The notes: generated by a model not told the origin, from the letters alone. 52,524 bases of DNA from Candidatus Heimdallarchaeota archaeon (GCA_021399345.1 JAAFKI010000014.1:1-52524); one strand, 5' to 3'; numbered from the stretch's first letter, positions 34,231-44,718 are shown. Numbers and translations are program-made.

Positions 34231-36708
34231 TTGATGACTGTGAGTGAATTCGTTCCTAGACTAACAGAAAAAACATATGACCCACAAACAAAGGATATAG
34301 AACTATTCAATATTTGGCAAAAGGAAAAACTTTTTGCATTCAACAAAAACTCAGGAAAGCCAATCTATAGTATAGATACCCCTCCGCCTTATGCAAATGC
34401 TCCTTGGCACATGGGTGGTGCTATTCATTATAGTGGAATAGATATGATTGCTAGATATAAACGTATGTCTGGAAATGAAATATTGTTTCCAATGTGTTTG
34501 GATCGCAATGGCTTACCAATTGAAGTTCAAGCTGAGAAGGAATATAGGGTATCCATGCATGATGTTCCAAGAGAAGAATTTCTGAAAATGTGCAAAAGAA
34601 TCCTAGACCGTGTAGGTGACCAAATACTCCATGTATGCAGAATTTTAGGATTCAGTAATAATTCCTTTGAATGGGACGAAGTTTACAAAACTGACGAAGA
34701 ACAGTATAGAGCATTAACTCAAGCAACTTTCATTAAATTGTTCAATGAAAACCAAATTTACGAAGATGATCGCCCTAATAATTATTGTACTCGATGTAAA
34801 ACAACCATAGCAGATAATGAAATTGATTATATGTCAGGTTCACATTTACTCTATGATATTAGGTTTAAAGTAAAAGAAACAGGTGAGGAGTTAATTATCT
34901 CAACATCTAGACCTGAGTTGATACCAGCTATAGGTGTAGTAATTTTTAACCCAAAAGATGAAAGGTATTTGCATTTAAAGGGGAAGACCGCTATATCTCC
35001 AATATTTGAAGATGAAGTGCTGATTATGCCCCATCATTATGCAAAAACTGAATTTGGAACCGGTATAATGATGGTATGTGCTTATGGAGATTCAGGAGAT
35101 GTTCAAATATTTAGAGAACTTCAATTAAAACCCCAAACAGTGATAGATACAGATGGTAAGATAACAGAACAAGTGCCTGCTTATACTGGTTTAACAGTGA
35201 AAGAAGCAAAAAAGCAAATTGCTTTTGATCTTGAAGAACAAGGGTTTATTCTTGAGAAAGCAGATGCACCTCATAATTTTCCAATATGTTCTAGATGTAA
35301 GAAAGAAGTAGAATTTCTAGCAATGCCTGAGTATTACCTAAAACAAGTAGAATATGTTCCAAAGTTACATGAGTATGCGCGAGAGATGGATTTTTTCCCA
35401 CCTTTCATGAGACAGGTTTGGGTAGATTGGTTGAACGTTGTTTCGATTGACTGGCCAATAAGCAGAAGACGGTATTATGGAACAGAAGTACCCATATGGT
35501 ATTGTAAAAAATGCAATCATCCCAATGTACCTGAACCAGGACCTTATTATCAACCTTGGAAAGATGACCCTCCCTTCGGTACATGTGAAAAATGCAATAG
35601 CTCTGAGGGTTTTGAAGGTGATTCACGTACTTTTGATACTTGGATGGATTCTTCAATTAGTGAAATATACATAACTACATATCCTCACAACAAGAAAGAT
35701 GAAGAACTATTTAAGGAATTGAACAGCAGACCCTTTATATGTGATATAAGGCCCCAAGGTAAGGATATAGTACGAACATGGTTACATTATACTATGTTAA
35801 GGGGTCTTCAACTTCATAATAAACCTGCATTTAATCATGCTTGGATTTCAGGACATGTGGTGAATAGTAAAGGAGAAAAGATGTCAAAAAGCAAAGGAAC
35901 TGTTGTACAACCTGAGAAAATGATTGAAAAATATGGCGGCGATGCTGTGAGATTCTATGGAGCAGCTGAGGCAAGTCATGGCTCTGATATCAGATTCAAT
36001 CAACAGAGATTACAAGGTATTTCCAAATTCATAAACAAATTTTACAATATTGCCAAATTTGTTAGTAGATTCCCTATAATCGAAGATGAAACAGAAATTT
36101 CTTTACAACCGGCTGATGAATGGATACTATCTGAATTAGCAAAGGCTATAGATGAATCTCAAAAAGGTTATGAGATATATGATTTTCAAATACCGGCTAA
36201 AACTCTTCGAAATTTTGCTTGGGAAACATTCGCTTCACATTATGTGGAACTTGTAAAAGGAAGAGCTTACAACAGAAATGGCACATACAAAATTAAAGAA
36301 CAAAAAGCTGCTTGGTTCACCCTTCATAAAATTGTAAAAGAATTAACCAAAGCTTTTGCTCCAATCATTCCATTTGTTACAGATTTAATCTATAGAGGAA
36401 TTTATGATTCAAGCGTTCACATACAAGTGTTTCCAAAACCTGAAGAAATTATTAAAAAATCCGTGTTCACAAATTTAACATCATTACTATTAGAAATAAA
36501 TTCTGCAATTTGGAAGTTTAAGAAAGATAAGAAACTGCCTTTGAACACTCCTATAAAACAAGCATACTTTCCAAAAGAACTATCTCCCTTGATAGGTGAT
36601 CTTCAATCGATGCACGGAATTGAAAGTATGGTAGAAAATATAGATAATATAAAGGAAGGAGAAACAATAAGTCTCACAGAAGAAACCACCATAAACCTGA
36701 AATTATAG
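34231..36708 (+). CDS. valS: Valyl-tRNA synthetase, archaeal type
   Basis: IDTPPPY, HMGG (HIGH), DWPISRRRYYG, DTWMDSS, QGKDIVRTW, KMSKS. Confidence 0.95.
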   Translation: MMTVSEFVPRLTEKTYDPQTKDIELFNIWQKEKLFAFNKNSGKPIYSIDTPPPYANAPWHMGGAIHYSGIDMIARYKRMSGNEILFPMCLDRNGLPIEVQAEKEYRVSMHDVPREEFLKMCKRILDRVGDQILHVCRILGFSNNSFEWDEVYKTDEEQYRALTQATFIKLFNENQIYEDDRPNNYCTRCKTTIADNEIDYMSGSHLLYDIRFKVKETGEELIISTSRPELIPAIGVVIFNPKDERYLHLKGKTAISPIFEDEVLIMPHHYAKTEFGTGIMMVCAYGDSGDVQIFRELQLKPQTVIDTDGKITEQVPAYTGLTVKEAKKQIAFDLEEQGFILEKADAPHNFPICSRCKKEVEFLAMPEYYLKQVEYVPKLHEYAREMDFFPPFMRQVWVDWLNVVSIDWPISRRRYYGTEVPIWYCKKCNHPNVPEPGPYYQPWKDDPPFGTCEKCNSSEGFEGDSRTFDTWMDSSISEIYITTYPHNKKDEELFKELNSRPFICDIRPQGKDIVRTWLHYTMLRGLQLHNKPAFNHAWISGHVVNSKGEKMSKSKGTVVQPEKMIEKYGGDAVRFYGAAEASHGSDIRFNQQRLQGISKFINKFYNIAKFVSRFPIIEDETEISLQPADEWILSELAKAIDESQKGYEIYDFQIPAKTLRNFAWETFASHYVELVKGRAYNRNGTYKIKEQKAAWFTLHKIVKELTKAFAPIIPFVTDLIYRGIYDSSVHIQVFPKPEEIIKKSVFTNLTSLLLEINSAIWKFKKDKKLPLNTPIKQAYFPKELSPLIGDLQSMHGIESMVENIDNIKEGETISLTEETTINLKL

Positions 36709-36734
36709 GTTATTGTGAACTGGTAATTCGGAAT

Positions 36735-37040
36735 TTACCAGTTGGGAATTTTTTTCTTTACTCTTGATTCTGGAGTTCCTTTAATCATGTATCCTTCAAC
36801 TAAGATTATGGTTCCATCTGTAATTTTAATTTGGAAAACTTGATTTGACTTTGGAATCCACAAGACCTTTTTTTCAGTTGAAACCCTTAAAAGATTGGAA
36901 GTTTCCTCTTCAATAATACCTTTTACACCAATTAAATCTTCAGAGGAACTATGTTTGATTTCTATTTCTAGACCTACTAGTGACGAAGAAAGAATTCGCC
37001 AAACTCTAGATTTTCGTTTATTACGATTTTCTTTTGACAT
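36735..37040 (-). CDS. rnp1: RNase P protein Rpp29 (Pop4)
   Basis: LVGLEIEI, GVKGIIEEETSN, IPK; follows L29. Confidence 0.9.
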   Translation of the reverse strand: MSKENRNKRKSRVWRILSSSLVGLEIEIKHSSSEDLIGVKGIIEEETSNLLRVSTEKKVLWIPKSNQVFQIKITDGTIILVEGYMIKGTPESRVKKKIPNW

Positions 37041-37243
37041 TAAATCTCATCTAGTTCAGTCATAATAGTCACAAGTCTTGCAATTGCTTTCTTATATTCT
37101 TGAATTTGACCTGGATTTTCGATTGATCCACCAGATGATAATTCGGATTGAATTGTAAATAGCTTCTTCTTAAATTCGTCCAGTTTCTTGAGTCTTTGAT
37201 TTTTGTTCAACTTTCTAATTTCACTTGATCTTATTAGTGCCAC
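37040..37243 (-). CDS. rpl29: Ribosomal protein uL29
   Basis: ENPGQIQEYKKAIARLVT. Confidence 0.93.
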   Translation of the reverse strand: MALIRSSEIRKLNKNQRLKKLDEFKKKLFTIQSELSSGGSIENPGQIQEYKKAIARLVTIMTELDEI

Positions 37244-37257
37244 ATCATTTCACTCCT

Positions 37258-38154
37258 TCATTTCTTCTTGGACTTTTCTTTTGGTTTTTCTTCTTCCTTA
37301 TCCTCTTTCTTTGATTTGGAAGCCTTAACCTCTTTCTTTGATTTTGAAATTTTATCGACTTCTTCCAGTTCTTCAAACTCGTCTTTAGGTTTCTTCTTTT
37401 TCTTCTTACTCTCTTCTTCTGTTATTTTTTCGAGTTCTTCATCAATATCTGGAAACTCTTCTAATTCTTCAATAACTTCTTCACTAACTTCTTCGATGAT
37501 TTCAGGTTCTTCTTCTATACCAACATCCACTATCATGGATGTTGATGTTGGTTCAGCTTCAATAGAAATGTCATCAGGTAAAATTGCATCTCCCCTCATG
37601 ATTCGAACTTGAATACCTATTAATCCTCGTCGTATAAGGGCTGTTGCTTTTCCTATATCGACATATCGCTCTGCAGGATCTCCTGCCTTTGCAACAAAGC
37701 CAGCTCTGAATGTTTCAACTCTTGCTCTTTGACTAGTGATCTTTCCACTAATCTTTATTTCAATACCTTTGGCTCCAATTGACAATATACGTCTAATTAT
37801 ACCATGAGCACTTCTACGAAAATGACGTCCCCTCTCTAAAGAAGATGCTAAACGAAATGCCATAATACGGGCATCAAGTTCTGGATTTTCTACCTCGGTT
37901 ACCTCAATTTGTGGATTATCTAAATCATATTGCTCACGTAACGCTTCAGTAATCCTGTGGATGTTTCTTCCTCTTCCCCCAATCGCTAATCCTACTCTCC
38001 CTACTCTAAGAAGAACACGATCTCCTAAAGGTGTTCTTCGAAGTTCAACTCCCCCATATTCAGCATTTTTTAATTCTTCAGCTAAATATTCATCAATTGC
38101 ATTTTTTTGGTATTTTTTTAATAGATAGTCTTTTGTTGTAGGCATAATTATCAC
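37258..38154 (-). CDS. rps3: Ribosomal protein uS3 with a long Glu/Lys-rich C-terminal tail
   Basis: KH GLAIGGRG, LERGRHFRR, GAKGIEIKISGK. Confidence 0.96.
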   Translation of the reverse strand: MIIMPTTKDYLLKKYQKNAIDEYLAEELKNAEYGGVELRRTPLGDRVLLRVGRVGLAIGGRGRNIHRITEALREQYDLDNPQIEVTEVENPELDARIMAFRLASSLERGRHFRRSAHGIIRRILSIGAKGIEIKISGKITSQRARVETFRAGFVAKAGDPAERYVDIGKATALIRRGLIGIQVRIMRGDAILPDDISIEAEPTSTSMIVDVGIEEEPEIIEEVSEEVIEELEEFPDIDEELEKITEEESKKKKKKPKDEFEELEEVDKISKSKKEVKASKSKKEDKEEEKPKEKSKKK

Positions 38155-38615
38155 ATCTCAGCTACTTCTGCTACTAATTCTACATGGATAAATTGTCTCA
38201 TTTTAGGTGAAGAACTTCCATGAGCTCGGTAAAACATACCTTGTTGTCTTGTTCCTTGTAGAGTTACAGCATGAGTAATCCTACATTTATCTAATTGTAA
38301 TTGATTATTTTCTGCATTGTTTTCTAGATTTCTTACAACCTTAAGAATCTCTGTTGCAGCTTTTACAGGATATCTGCCACTTCCCCAACCAACTACGCTA
38401 CTTTTATGTCCTACATTATTTTTGAATCGTTTGTATGGGACTGCAAGTTTTTTATCAATTACAGCCTCAAGAAACTCAATAGATTGATGAATTGTCATAC
38501 CCTTAATTGTGTTACAAACTTCGCGAGCTGCCTTTCTACTAACATCTATACCTCTTGCAGAGGCTTTGGCTGATCTATCAGGATCTGTTTGAACTGAATA
38601 TTTATAATTTGGCAA
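38151..38615 (-). CDS. rpl22: Ribosomal protein uL22 (TTG start)
   Basis: REVCNTIKGM, GRYPVKA, NLENNAE, HVEL. Confidence 0.95.
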   Translation of the reverse strand: MPNYKYSVQTDPDRSAKASARGIDVSRKAAREVCNTIKGMTIHQSIEFLEAVIDKKLAVPYKRFKNNVGHKSSVVGWGSGRYPVKAATEILKVVRNLENNAENNQLQLDKCRITHAVTLQGTRQQGMFYRAHGSSSPKMRQFIHVELVAEVAEM

Positions 38616-39028
38616 TCTTATATCTCCTGTATATTCTTGTTACTATTGACTACATTAGCGAGTAAGAGTACAATTTTTAAGGTTTATTAACGGATACAAA
38701 TTGTATTAACTATTACCCAGCAAGTAAAATCGACTATTTATTATTTAAAATGGTTTTCTTTAATGAGCAAATAAAAGAAAGAATAATTTAATTATATTCT
38801 GAATGGTTTTTCAGCATTTAATTTCGATTTTTAAAAAACTTAACAATAACAACTATTAAAAAGATAAATGAGGGAGAAAATCTGTCGATATAGTTTCAAA
38901 TTAAATGAAAACTAAAAACAGGTATGCGACGTCTTACTCCAAAAGAAATTTTGGAGCCGAAATTGTTTTCCTGTGTTTTTAACATGGGAAAATATGGGTA
39001 TAAGACGCTTTACCGAGGTGACAAAAAA

Positions 39029-39361
39029 ATGAGTGAAGTAAAGAATATAGGTGTTCCCGGAGTGGAACCACCTTCCACAGAATGTGAAGATCCACGTTGT
39101 CCTTTTCATGGTAGACTTCCAGTTAGAGGGAGGATTTTCACAGGAAAAGTGGTTTCTGACAAAATGAAACGAACTGTCGTTATTAGGAGAGATTATCTTC
39201 AGTATGTGAAAAAGTACAGAAGATATGAACGTGCTCATGGAAAGATTTCTGCCCATAACCCTCCTTGTTTAAATGTTAAGGAAGGCGATATGGTTTTAGC
39301 AGCAGAATGCCGACCACTCGCAAAAACTGTGAGTTTTGTTGTTATACAAAAACTAAACTAA
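39029..39361 (+). CDS. rps17: Ribosomal protein uS17 (start corrected to ATG 39029)
   Basis: CEDPRCPFHG, KYRRYE, ECRPLAKT; GAGGTGA upstream. Confidence 0.96.
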   Translation: MSEVKNIGVPGVEPPSTECEDPRCPFHGRLPVRGRIFTGKVVSDKMKRTVVIRRDYLQYVKKYRRYERAHGKISAHNPPCLNVKEGDMVLAAECRPLAKTVSFVVIQKLN

Positions 39362-39366
39362 GGTGA
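39361..39366 (+). promoter_or_regulatory. AGGTGA Shine-Dalgarno motif, recurring before internal ribosomal protein genes
   Basis: AGGTGA a few nt before the starts of S17, L14, L24, L5, S14, L6 and L18. Confidence 0.75.
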
Positions 39367-39370
39367 TAAA

Positions 39371-39787
39371 ATGGCAAAAAGAAAAACAGTCGGAAGGACT
39401 CAAGTTCATATCACTAAAGGATTGATGGTTGGTTCTAGATTACGCTGCGCAGATAATTCTGGTGCAAGAATTGTGCAAATTATTGCAGTAAAAAATTATA
39501 GAGGAAGATTAAACAGGATTCCCAAAGCTTCTGTTGCAAATATGGTTATAGTATCAGTAAAGCAAGGAACACCTCAAAGAAGAAAACAAATCTTCCCTGC
39601 AGTGATTGTAAGACAACGTTCCCCTTATCGTAGAAGATCGGGAGATTGGATACAATTTGAGGAAAATGCTGTGGTTCTTACAAATGAAGTAGGAGACCCA
39701 CTTGGAAGCGAGATTAGAGGCCCAGTTGCTAAGGAAGCAGCGGAAAAATGGCCAAGAATAGCTCATCAAGCATCCATAATCGTATAG
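39371..39787 (+). CDS. rpl14: Ribosomal protein uL14
   Basis: CADNSGA, AVIVRQR, FEENAVV, GPVAKEAAEKWP. Confidence 0.97.
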   Translation: MAKRKTVGRTQVHITKGLMVGSRLRCADNSGARIVQIIAVKNYRGRLNRIPKASVANMVIVSVKQGTPQRRKQIFPAVIVRQRSPYRRRSGDWIQFEENAVVLTNEVGDPLGSEIRGPVAKEAAEKWPRIAHQASIIV

Positions 39788-39796
39788 GTGATTAAA

Positions 39797-40369
39797 ATGA
39801 AACAAACAAAGTCAATACAACCTCGTAAACAGAGGAAGAGTCATTTCAAAGCTGAATATCATATCAGAAATCGTAAAATGACTGCTCTATTATCTCATGC
39901 ATTAAGAGAAAAATATGGTATCCGCCGTTTGCCTATACACAGAAACGATAAGGTGACAGTCTTCAAAAACAAATCACAAGACGCAGAAATTAAAGGAAAA
40001 GTCATTAGGGTTTTACCACAAAGATATGCAGTTCATATTGAAGGACACAGTAAAGAAAAAGCAGATGGAACTATTGTCAGTTTTCCAGTTCATCCAAGTA
40101 ATATTGTGATAACCTCACTAAATTTAAGAGATAAAAAGAGACGAGCTATTATTCAGCGAAGGTCTAGAAAAGAAATATCTGATGAAGAATTAGCTGAAGA
40201 TATTTTTGACGAAGATGAAGAGTTAGCAGAAGAACTAGAAGATCTTGATATGCTAGATGATGAAAATATCCTCGAAGAAGATTTCGAAGATCTTGATCTT
40301 GATGAATTAGATGAAGGAGAAGAAGAAGAAACTCCTGACACTGAAGAAACCAAGGAGGAATCAGAATGA
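39797..40369 (+). CDS. rpl24: Ribosomal protein uL24 with acidic C-terminal tail
   Basis: SIQPRKQRK, LREKYG, HPSNIVIT. Confidence 0.95.
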   Translation: MKQTKSIQPRKQRKSHFKAEYHIRNRKMTALLSHALREKYGIRRLPIHRNDKVTVFKNKSQDAEIKGKVIRVLPQRYAVHIEGHSKEKADGTIVSFPVHPSNIVITSLNLRDKKRRAIIQRRSRKEISDEELAEDIFDEDEELAEELEDLDMLDDENILEEDFEDLDLDELDEGEEEETPDTEETKEESE

Positions 40370-41112
40370 CCAAGGGCGGTGGAAAAAGACATCTGAAGAG
40401 ATATGTTGTATCAAAACATATCCCCATCAGTAAAAAAACCGATAAATACGCTGTCAGACCTTCCCCTGGTCCTCATGCAGCTTATGATTGTATTCCTGTA
40501 GCTATTCTACTAAGAGATATGTTCCAGTTTGCACGAAACATGAGCGAAGTTAAACGTATTCTCTATGAAAGAAATGTTGTTGTTGATGGAAGAATTAAAA
40601 CAAACAGAAAATACCCTCTAGGGTTTATGGATGTTTTATCTTTGCCCAAGATGCAAAAGCACTATAGGATGATTTACACAATTAAGAAAGGATTAAGAGC
40701 TATCCCAATAAATGAAAACGAAACAACTGAAAAACTGTGTCAAATAAAGAACAAAACCACAATTAAAGATGGTTTAATACAACTGAATTTACATGACGGA
40801 AGAAATATAGTTCTTAGCAAAGAAGAAAATAACAATTCAACTTATGCTACTCATGATACCATAAAAATTTCTCTACCTGAACAAAAGATTCTAGAGAAAT
40901 TCGAGCTTAAAGTAGGAACATATGGATTTGTTACTAGTGGAAGATGGATGGGTAGGCATGGTGCTATTGAAGAAATTAGTGCTCATGGAACTAAGAAAAC
41001 AAAAACTGTTACCCTTAGTACTCCTGATGGTGAAAAAATAGTCACACTTTACAGATATATTTTTGTTGTAGGGGATCAATCTCCAAGTGTGACAATTGAA
41101 GGTAAGAAGTAG
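40366..41112 (+). CDS. rps4e: Ribosomal protein eS4
   Basis: HLKR, PSPGPH, YPLGFMDV, QLNLHDGRN. Confidence 0.97.
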   Translation: MTKGGGKRHLKRYVVSKHIPISKKTDKYAVRPSPGPHAAYDCIPVAILLRDMFQFARNMSEVKRILYERNVVVDGRIKTNRKYPLGFMDVLSLPKMQKHYRMIYTIKKGLRAIPINENETTEKLCQIKNKTTIKDGLIQLNLHDGRNIVLSKEENNNSTYATHDTIKISLPEQKILEKFELKVGTYGFVTSGRWMGRHGAIEEISAHGTKKTKTVTLSTPDGEKIVTLYRYIFVVGDQSPSVTIEGKK

Positions 41113-41119
41113 GTGATGA

Positions 41120-41689
41120 TTGATGACAGAAGAAGTAATAGAACAAACACAATTTGAGCCTAAATTTGCCGAAGAATGGAAGAAGAATCCAATGAAAAAG
41201 CCAAAACTAAAAGCTCTTATCGTCAATACATGTGTTGGTGAATCAGGTCCAAGATATGAACGTTCAAAGGAAATTCTAAGACAGATAACTAATAGAGAGC
41301 CAGTTGATCGGCAAGCAAAAGAATCTATCAGAGGTTTTAACATAAGAAAAGGTGAACCAATTGCTTCACTTGTAACTCTGAGGGGAGATGAAGCTGGTAA
41401 AGCCTTGAAACGATTTCTGTATGCATATGATTACGAAATTAAGTATTCATCTTTTGATGAACAAGGTAATTTTGCTTTTGGAATAACAGAACATGTTGAT
41501 ATTGAGAATGCACCATTTGATCCTATGTTAGGAACTATTGGTTTTAATGTAGTTGTTAAAATTGAAAGAGCTGGATATAGACTCAAATATCGCCAAAGAA
41601 AAAGACAAAGTATCCCAAAAAAGCACTTGATAAGTCCTGAAGAAGCCATGGAATATCTAGTGACAGAATTTGGGATGAAGGTAATTTAG
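41120..41689 (+). CDS. rpl5: Ribosomal protein uL5
   Basis: NPM, VGESG, FNIRKGEPI, VTLRG, GNFAFGITEH. Confidence 0.97.
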   Translation: MMTEEVIEQTQFEPKFAEEWKKNPMKKPKLKALIVNTCVGESGPRYERSKEILRQITNREPVDRQAKESIRGFNIRKGEPIASLVTLRGDEAGKALKRFLYAYDYEIKYSSFDEQGNFAFGITEHVDIENAPFDPMLGTIGFNVVVKIERAGYRLKYRQRKRQSIPKKHLISPEEAMEYLVTEFGMKVI

Positions 41690-41698
41690 GTGACGGAA

Positions 41699-41866
41699 AT
41701 GCAAGAGAAAAGAGAAATTAAATATGGTAAAGGCTCAAGACGATGCAGACGTTGTGGTACTCATCAAGCTATTATAAGACGAGGAGGACTATATGTTTGT
41801 AGACGATGCATTAGAGAAATATACGCCAAAATAGGTTTTAAGAAAACCGGCGGTAGAGGAGGATAA
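41699..41866 (+). CDS. rps14: Ribosomal protein uS14 (not in ORF track)
   Basis: Manual translation MQEKREIKYGKGSRRCRRCGTHQAIIRRGGLYVCRRCIREIYAKIGFKKTGGRGG. Confidence 0.96.
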   Translation: MQEKREIKYGKGSRRCRRCGTHQAIIRRGGLYVCRRCIREIYAKIGFKKTGGRGG

Positions 41867-41881
41867 GGAGGTAATATAAAA

Positions 41882-42271
41882 ATGCAAATGGATACACTAG
41901 CAGATGCCTTAACATCGATTCTGAATGCTGAAAAAACTGGAAAGAAAACCGTCACTGTCAAACCTGCAAGTAAAATAATTGCTAATGTTTTACGAACAAT
42001 TCAAAGAGCAGGATATCTAGGAGAACTAGAATATATCGAAAATAATAGAGGGGGAATGTTTGACATCCAACTCTTAGGTCGTATAAACAAGTGTGGTGTT
42101 ATCAAACCTCGTTTCCCAATCGGAAAAGATGAATTTGAGGATGAAGAACGTGCGTATCTCCCCGCAAGAGGATTCGGTATACTTGTAGTCACTACCCCAG
42201 AAGGCGTTATGACACACGAAGATGCAAAAGAGAAAAACATCGGTGGCCGTTTATTGGCTTACATATTCTAA
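41882..42271 (+). CDS. rps8: Ribosomal protein uS8
   Basis: DTLADAL, GRINKCGVIKPRF, LPARGFG, GGRLLAY. Confidence 0.97.
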   Translation: MQMDTLADALTSILNAEKTGKKTVTVKPASKIIANVLRTIQRAGYLGELEYIENNRGGMFDIQLLGRINKCGVIKPRFPIGKDEFEDEERAYLPARGFGILVVTTPEGVMTHEDAKEKNIGGRLLAYIF

Positions 42272-42281
42272 GGTGATTAAA

Positions 42282-42833
42282 ATGAAACAGTTATACATCG
42301 AAAGAAGTATCGAACTTCCTGAAGATTTGAAGATAATAGTTAAAGATCGACATGTAACTATTGAAGGACCTAAAGGTACTTTGACAAGAAACTTTGATCC
42401 AACTGATATCGAAATTACAAAGAAAGGCAAAAAAGTTGATATCAAGGCTTATTATATAAATAAAAAACGAAAAGCAGCAACCCTTGCAGTAGTTGGGTAC
42501 ATAAACAACATGATCAAGGGCGTAATGCAGGGTTATACATACAAGTCTAAGATTGTTTTTAGTCACTTTCCTTTGACAGTTGAACCAGACAATAAGAAGA
42601 AAATTATAACCATCAAGAATTTGTATGGTGGTCGTAAGCACATAACTGTTCCTATAGTCGGTCCTGAAACTACAGTTAAAGTTGACAAAGATGATGTTAT
42701 CATCGAAGGTATTGATAAAGAAGCTGTAGGTCAAACGACAGCTAATATGCAAGAAGCATGTAGGTTAAGGGGTAAAAGAAAGAAAGATCCAGAAACCTTC
42801 ATGGATGGCGTTTGGTTGTGGGATAAAGAATAA
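42282..42833 (+). CDS. rpl6: Ribosomal protein uL6 (start corrected to ATG 42282)
   Basis: GPKG, NMIKGV, SHFP, GIDKEAVGQT, KDP..F.DG. Confidence 0.95.
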   Translation: MKQLYIERSIELPEDLKIIVKDRHVTIEGPKGTLTRNFDPTDIEITKKGKKVDIKAYYINKKRKAATLAVVGYINNMIKGVMQGYTYKSKIVFSHFPLTVEPDNKKKIITIKNLYGGRKHITVPIVGPETTVKVDKDDVIIEGIDKEAVGQTTANMQEACRLRGKRKKDPETFMDGVWLWDKE

Positions 42834-43023
42834 TCCCTTCTTTTTTATTTTTCATTATTAATACTTTATTTAGTTTCTAATACTTCTAAATTTGAATGTG
42901 AATTTTATTATTATGATTTTTTAGGAGACTTTATGATTCTATTCTTGAATATCTTAACTATAAAAAGTATTAAAAACACCAGAAAGTAGGTAGCATAATT
43001 ACAAAGGTAACATTCTACCGTGA

Positions 43024-43557
43024 GTGCCTATGACAGTCAATAAAAAACGATTGTTGGAAAAACGAAAAAAAATCAATGCTCGTAGACCTAACTTTGTACG
43101 TCAAGAAAGTTGGCGCTACAATAGAGTCAAGAAAAGTTGGCGAAAGCCCAAGGGTATTGATAATAAAATGAAAGAAAAACGCAAAGGTGTTCCTGCAATG
43201 GCCAGCGTTGGTTATAGAGGACCAAAAGCTGTCAGAGGTCTGCATCCTTCGGGTTATCAGGTAGTTCATGTTGCTAATATCTACGAACTTGATAAAGTAG
43301 ATAAAGAGACTGAAGCAGTAATTATTAAACATACTGTGGGGTCTCGGAAAAGGCAAACAATTCTCGACACAGCAGCAGATTTAGGTTTGAAAGTACTGAA
43401 TCCACCAGCTCGAATTGAAGAGTTTGGTGAAGTACTCGAAGATACTATGCTCGAAGAAGAGTATGAACTATTAGATGAAGATTTCGAATTGGATGAAGAT
43501 TTCGAGTTGGACGAAGACCTTGAAAAAGATGAAGAGTCAAAAGATGATTCTTCATAG
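43024..43557 (+). CDS. rpl32e: Ribosomal protein eL32 with acidic tail
   Basis: WRKPKGIDNKM, VRGLHPSG; tail contains an 18-bp DEDFEL repeat (43474-43509). Confidence 0.96.
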   Translation: MPMTVNKKRLLEKRKKINARRPNFVRQESWRYNRVKKSWRKPKGIDNKMKEKRKGVPAMASVGYRGPKAVRGLHPSGYQVVHVANIYELDKVDKETEAVIIKHTVGSRKRQTILDTAADLGLKVLNPPARIEEFGEVLEDTMLEEEYELLDEDFELDEDFELDEDLEKDEESKDDSS

Positions 43558-43583
43558 AACAAAACTAACGTGAGGTTAAGTTT

Positions 43584-44048
43584 ATGGACGTAAAAACTCA
43601 AAGAAAAATAGCTGCTAAAGTATTAAAGGTCGGTGTTAACAGAGTTATAATCGAACCTGATAGTTTAAGTGATGTTGCTTTAGCGATTACTAGAGAGGAT
43701 ATTAGGCGTCATATAGATGACGGTGATATCAGAAAAAGAAAGGTTAAAGGAGTTAGTAGAGGGAGAGCAAGAGCTGTTGCGGCTAAGAAGAGAAAGGGTC
43801 AAAGAATTGGTCCCGGTAGTCGTAAAGGTCCTAAATACTCTCGTCTTCCTAGTAAAGACAGATGGATCGCAAAAATACGAGCTCAACGAAAATACCTTAA
43901 AAACCTTAGAGATGAAGGATATATTGATACTTTAAATTACAGAAAGTTATATCTCCAAGCTAAAGGTAGCCTTTTCCGCTCTGTACGCTATCTTCGAAAT
44001 TATATTGCTGAACATGGTTTAGCAAAGAAACGTCTTCCTGAATTATAA
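43584..44048 (+). CDS. rpl19e: Ribosomal protein eL19
   Basis: QRKIAAKVLKVG, TREDIR, GPGSRKG, YRKLYLQAKG. Confidence 0.97.
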   Translation: MDVKTQRKIAAKVLKVGVNRVIIEPDSLSDVALAITREDIRRHIDDGDIRKRKVKGVSRGRARAVAAKKRKGQRIGPGSRKGPKYSRLPSKDRWIAKIRAQRKYLKNLRDEGYIDTLNYRKLYLQAKGSLFRSVRYLRNYIAEHGLAKKRLPEL

Positions 44049-44062
44049 TAAGGTGATAAAAG

Positions 44063-44707
44063 ATGTCAAGAAGAAGCAGAAAGGGTTATAAAAAGAAAAG
44101 GAAGCTGCAGCCAAAGCGTCAAAGATATGGACCACTCTATAGAGTTCCATTTAGAAGACGCCGAGAAATGAAAACAGATTATAGGCAAAGAAAAAGACTC
44201 CTAAAATCTGGTAAAATTCGATTTGTAGCAAGGCCTTCAAATAAGCAAGTTTTGGTTCAGTTCGTTGAATCAAAAATTGGTGGCGATCAAACTTTTGTTC
44301 AAGTAAGATCAAATGAATTGAAGAATCATGGATGGGATATAGCTACTTCAAATCTACCTGCGGCTTATCTTACTGGCTATCTAGCTGGTAAAAAAGCTCT
44401 AAAATCTAAAATTAAAGCGGCAATTTTAGATGTTGGTACATTTGCTGTAAATCCAGGAACAAGAATGTTTGCTACTCTCAAGGGAGTAGTAGATGCTGGG
44501 ATAGCAATTCCATACAATGATAAAATGATGCCTTCTGAAGATAGAATCAGAGGAAAACACATCCAATCTTATGCCAAATTATTAGCTAAAGAAGATAAGG
44601 AGAAGTACAGTAAACTCTTCTCTAAATATCTCGAAGTTAATAAGAAGCCTGAGAATTTACCCTCGCTTTTCGATGAGGTAAAAGCTAAGATTGATACATT
44701 AAAGTGA
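44063..44707 (+). CDS. rpl18: Ribosomal protein uL18
   Basis: [32 protein letters not shown]. Confidence 0.97.
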   Translation: MSRRSRKGYKKKRKLQPKRQRYGPLYRVPFRRRREMKTDYRQRKRLLKSGKIRFVARPSNKQVLVQFVESKIGGDQTFVQVRSNELKNHGWDIATSNLPAAYLTGYLAGKKALKSKIKAAILDVGTFAVNPGTRMFATLKGVVDAGIAIPYNDKMMPSEDRIRGKHIQSYAKLLAKEDKEKYSKLFSKYLEVNKKPENLPSLFDEVKAKIDTLK

Positions 44708-44718
44708 GGCAGATAAAA

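Noticed and set aside
38924-39028. N-terminal extension of uS17 in the ORF track (similar cases for uL6, uS5, uL30 and the oxidoreductase)
   Set aside because: Homology and SD motifs point to downstream ATG starts
38616-39028. Possible ncRNA or replication origin in the long AT-rich gap
   Set aside because: No ORB-like repeats, stable stems or adjacent cdc6 seen; a divergent promoter region is sufficient
37268-43601. Ser-rich ORFs (37268-37612, 40153-40392, 43281-43601) and other short overlapping ORFs
   Set aside because: Antisense shadows of Glu/Asp-rich tails or of well-supported genes
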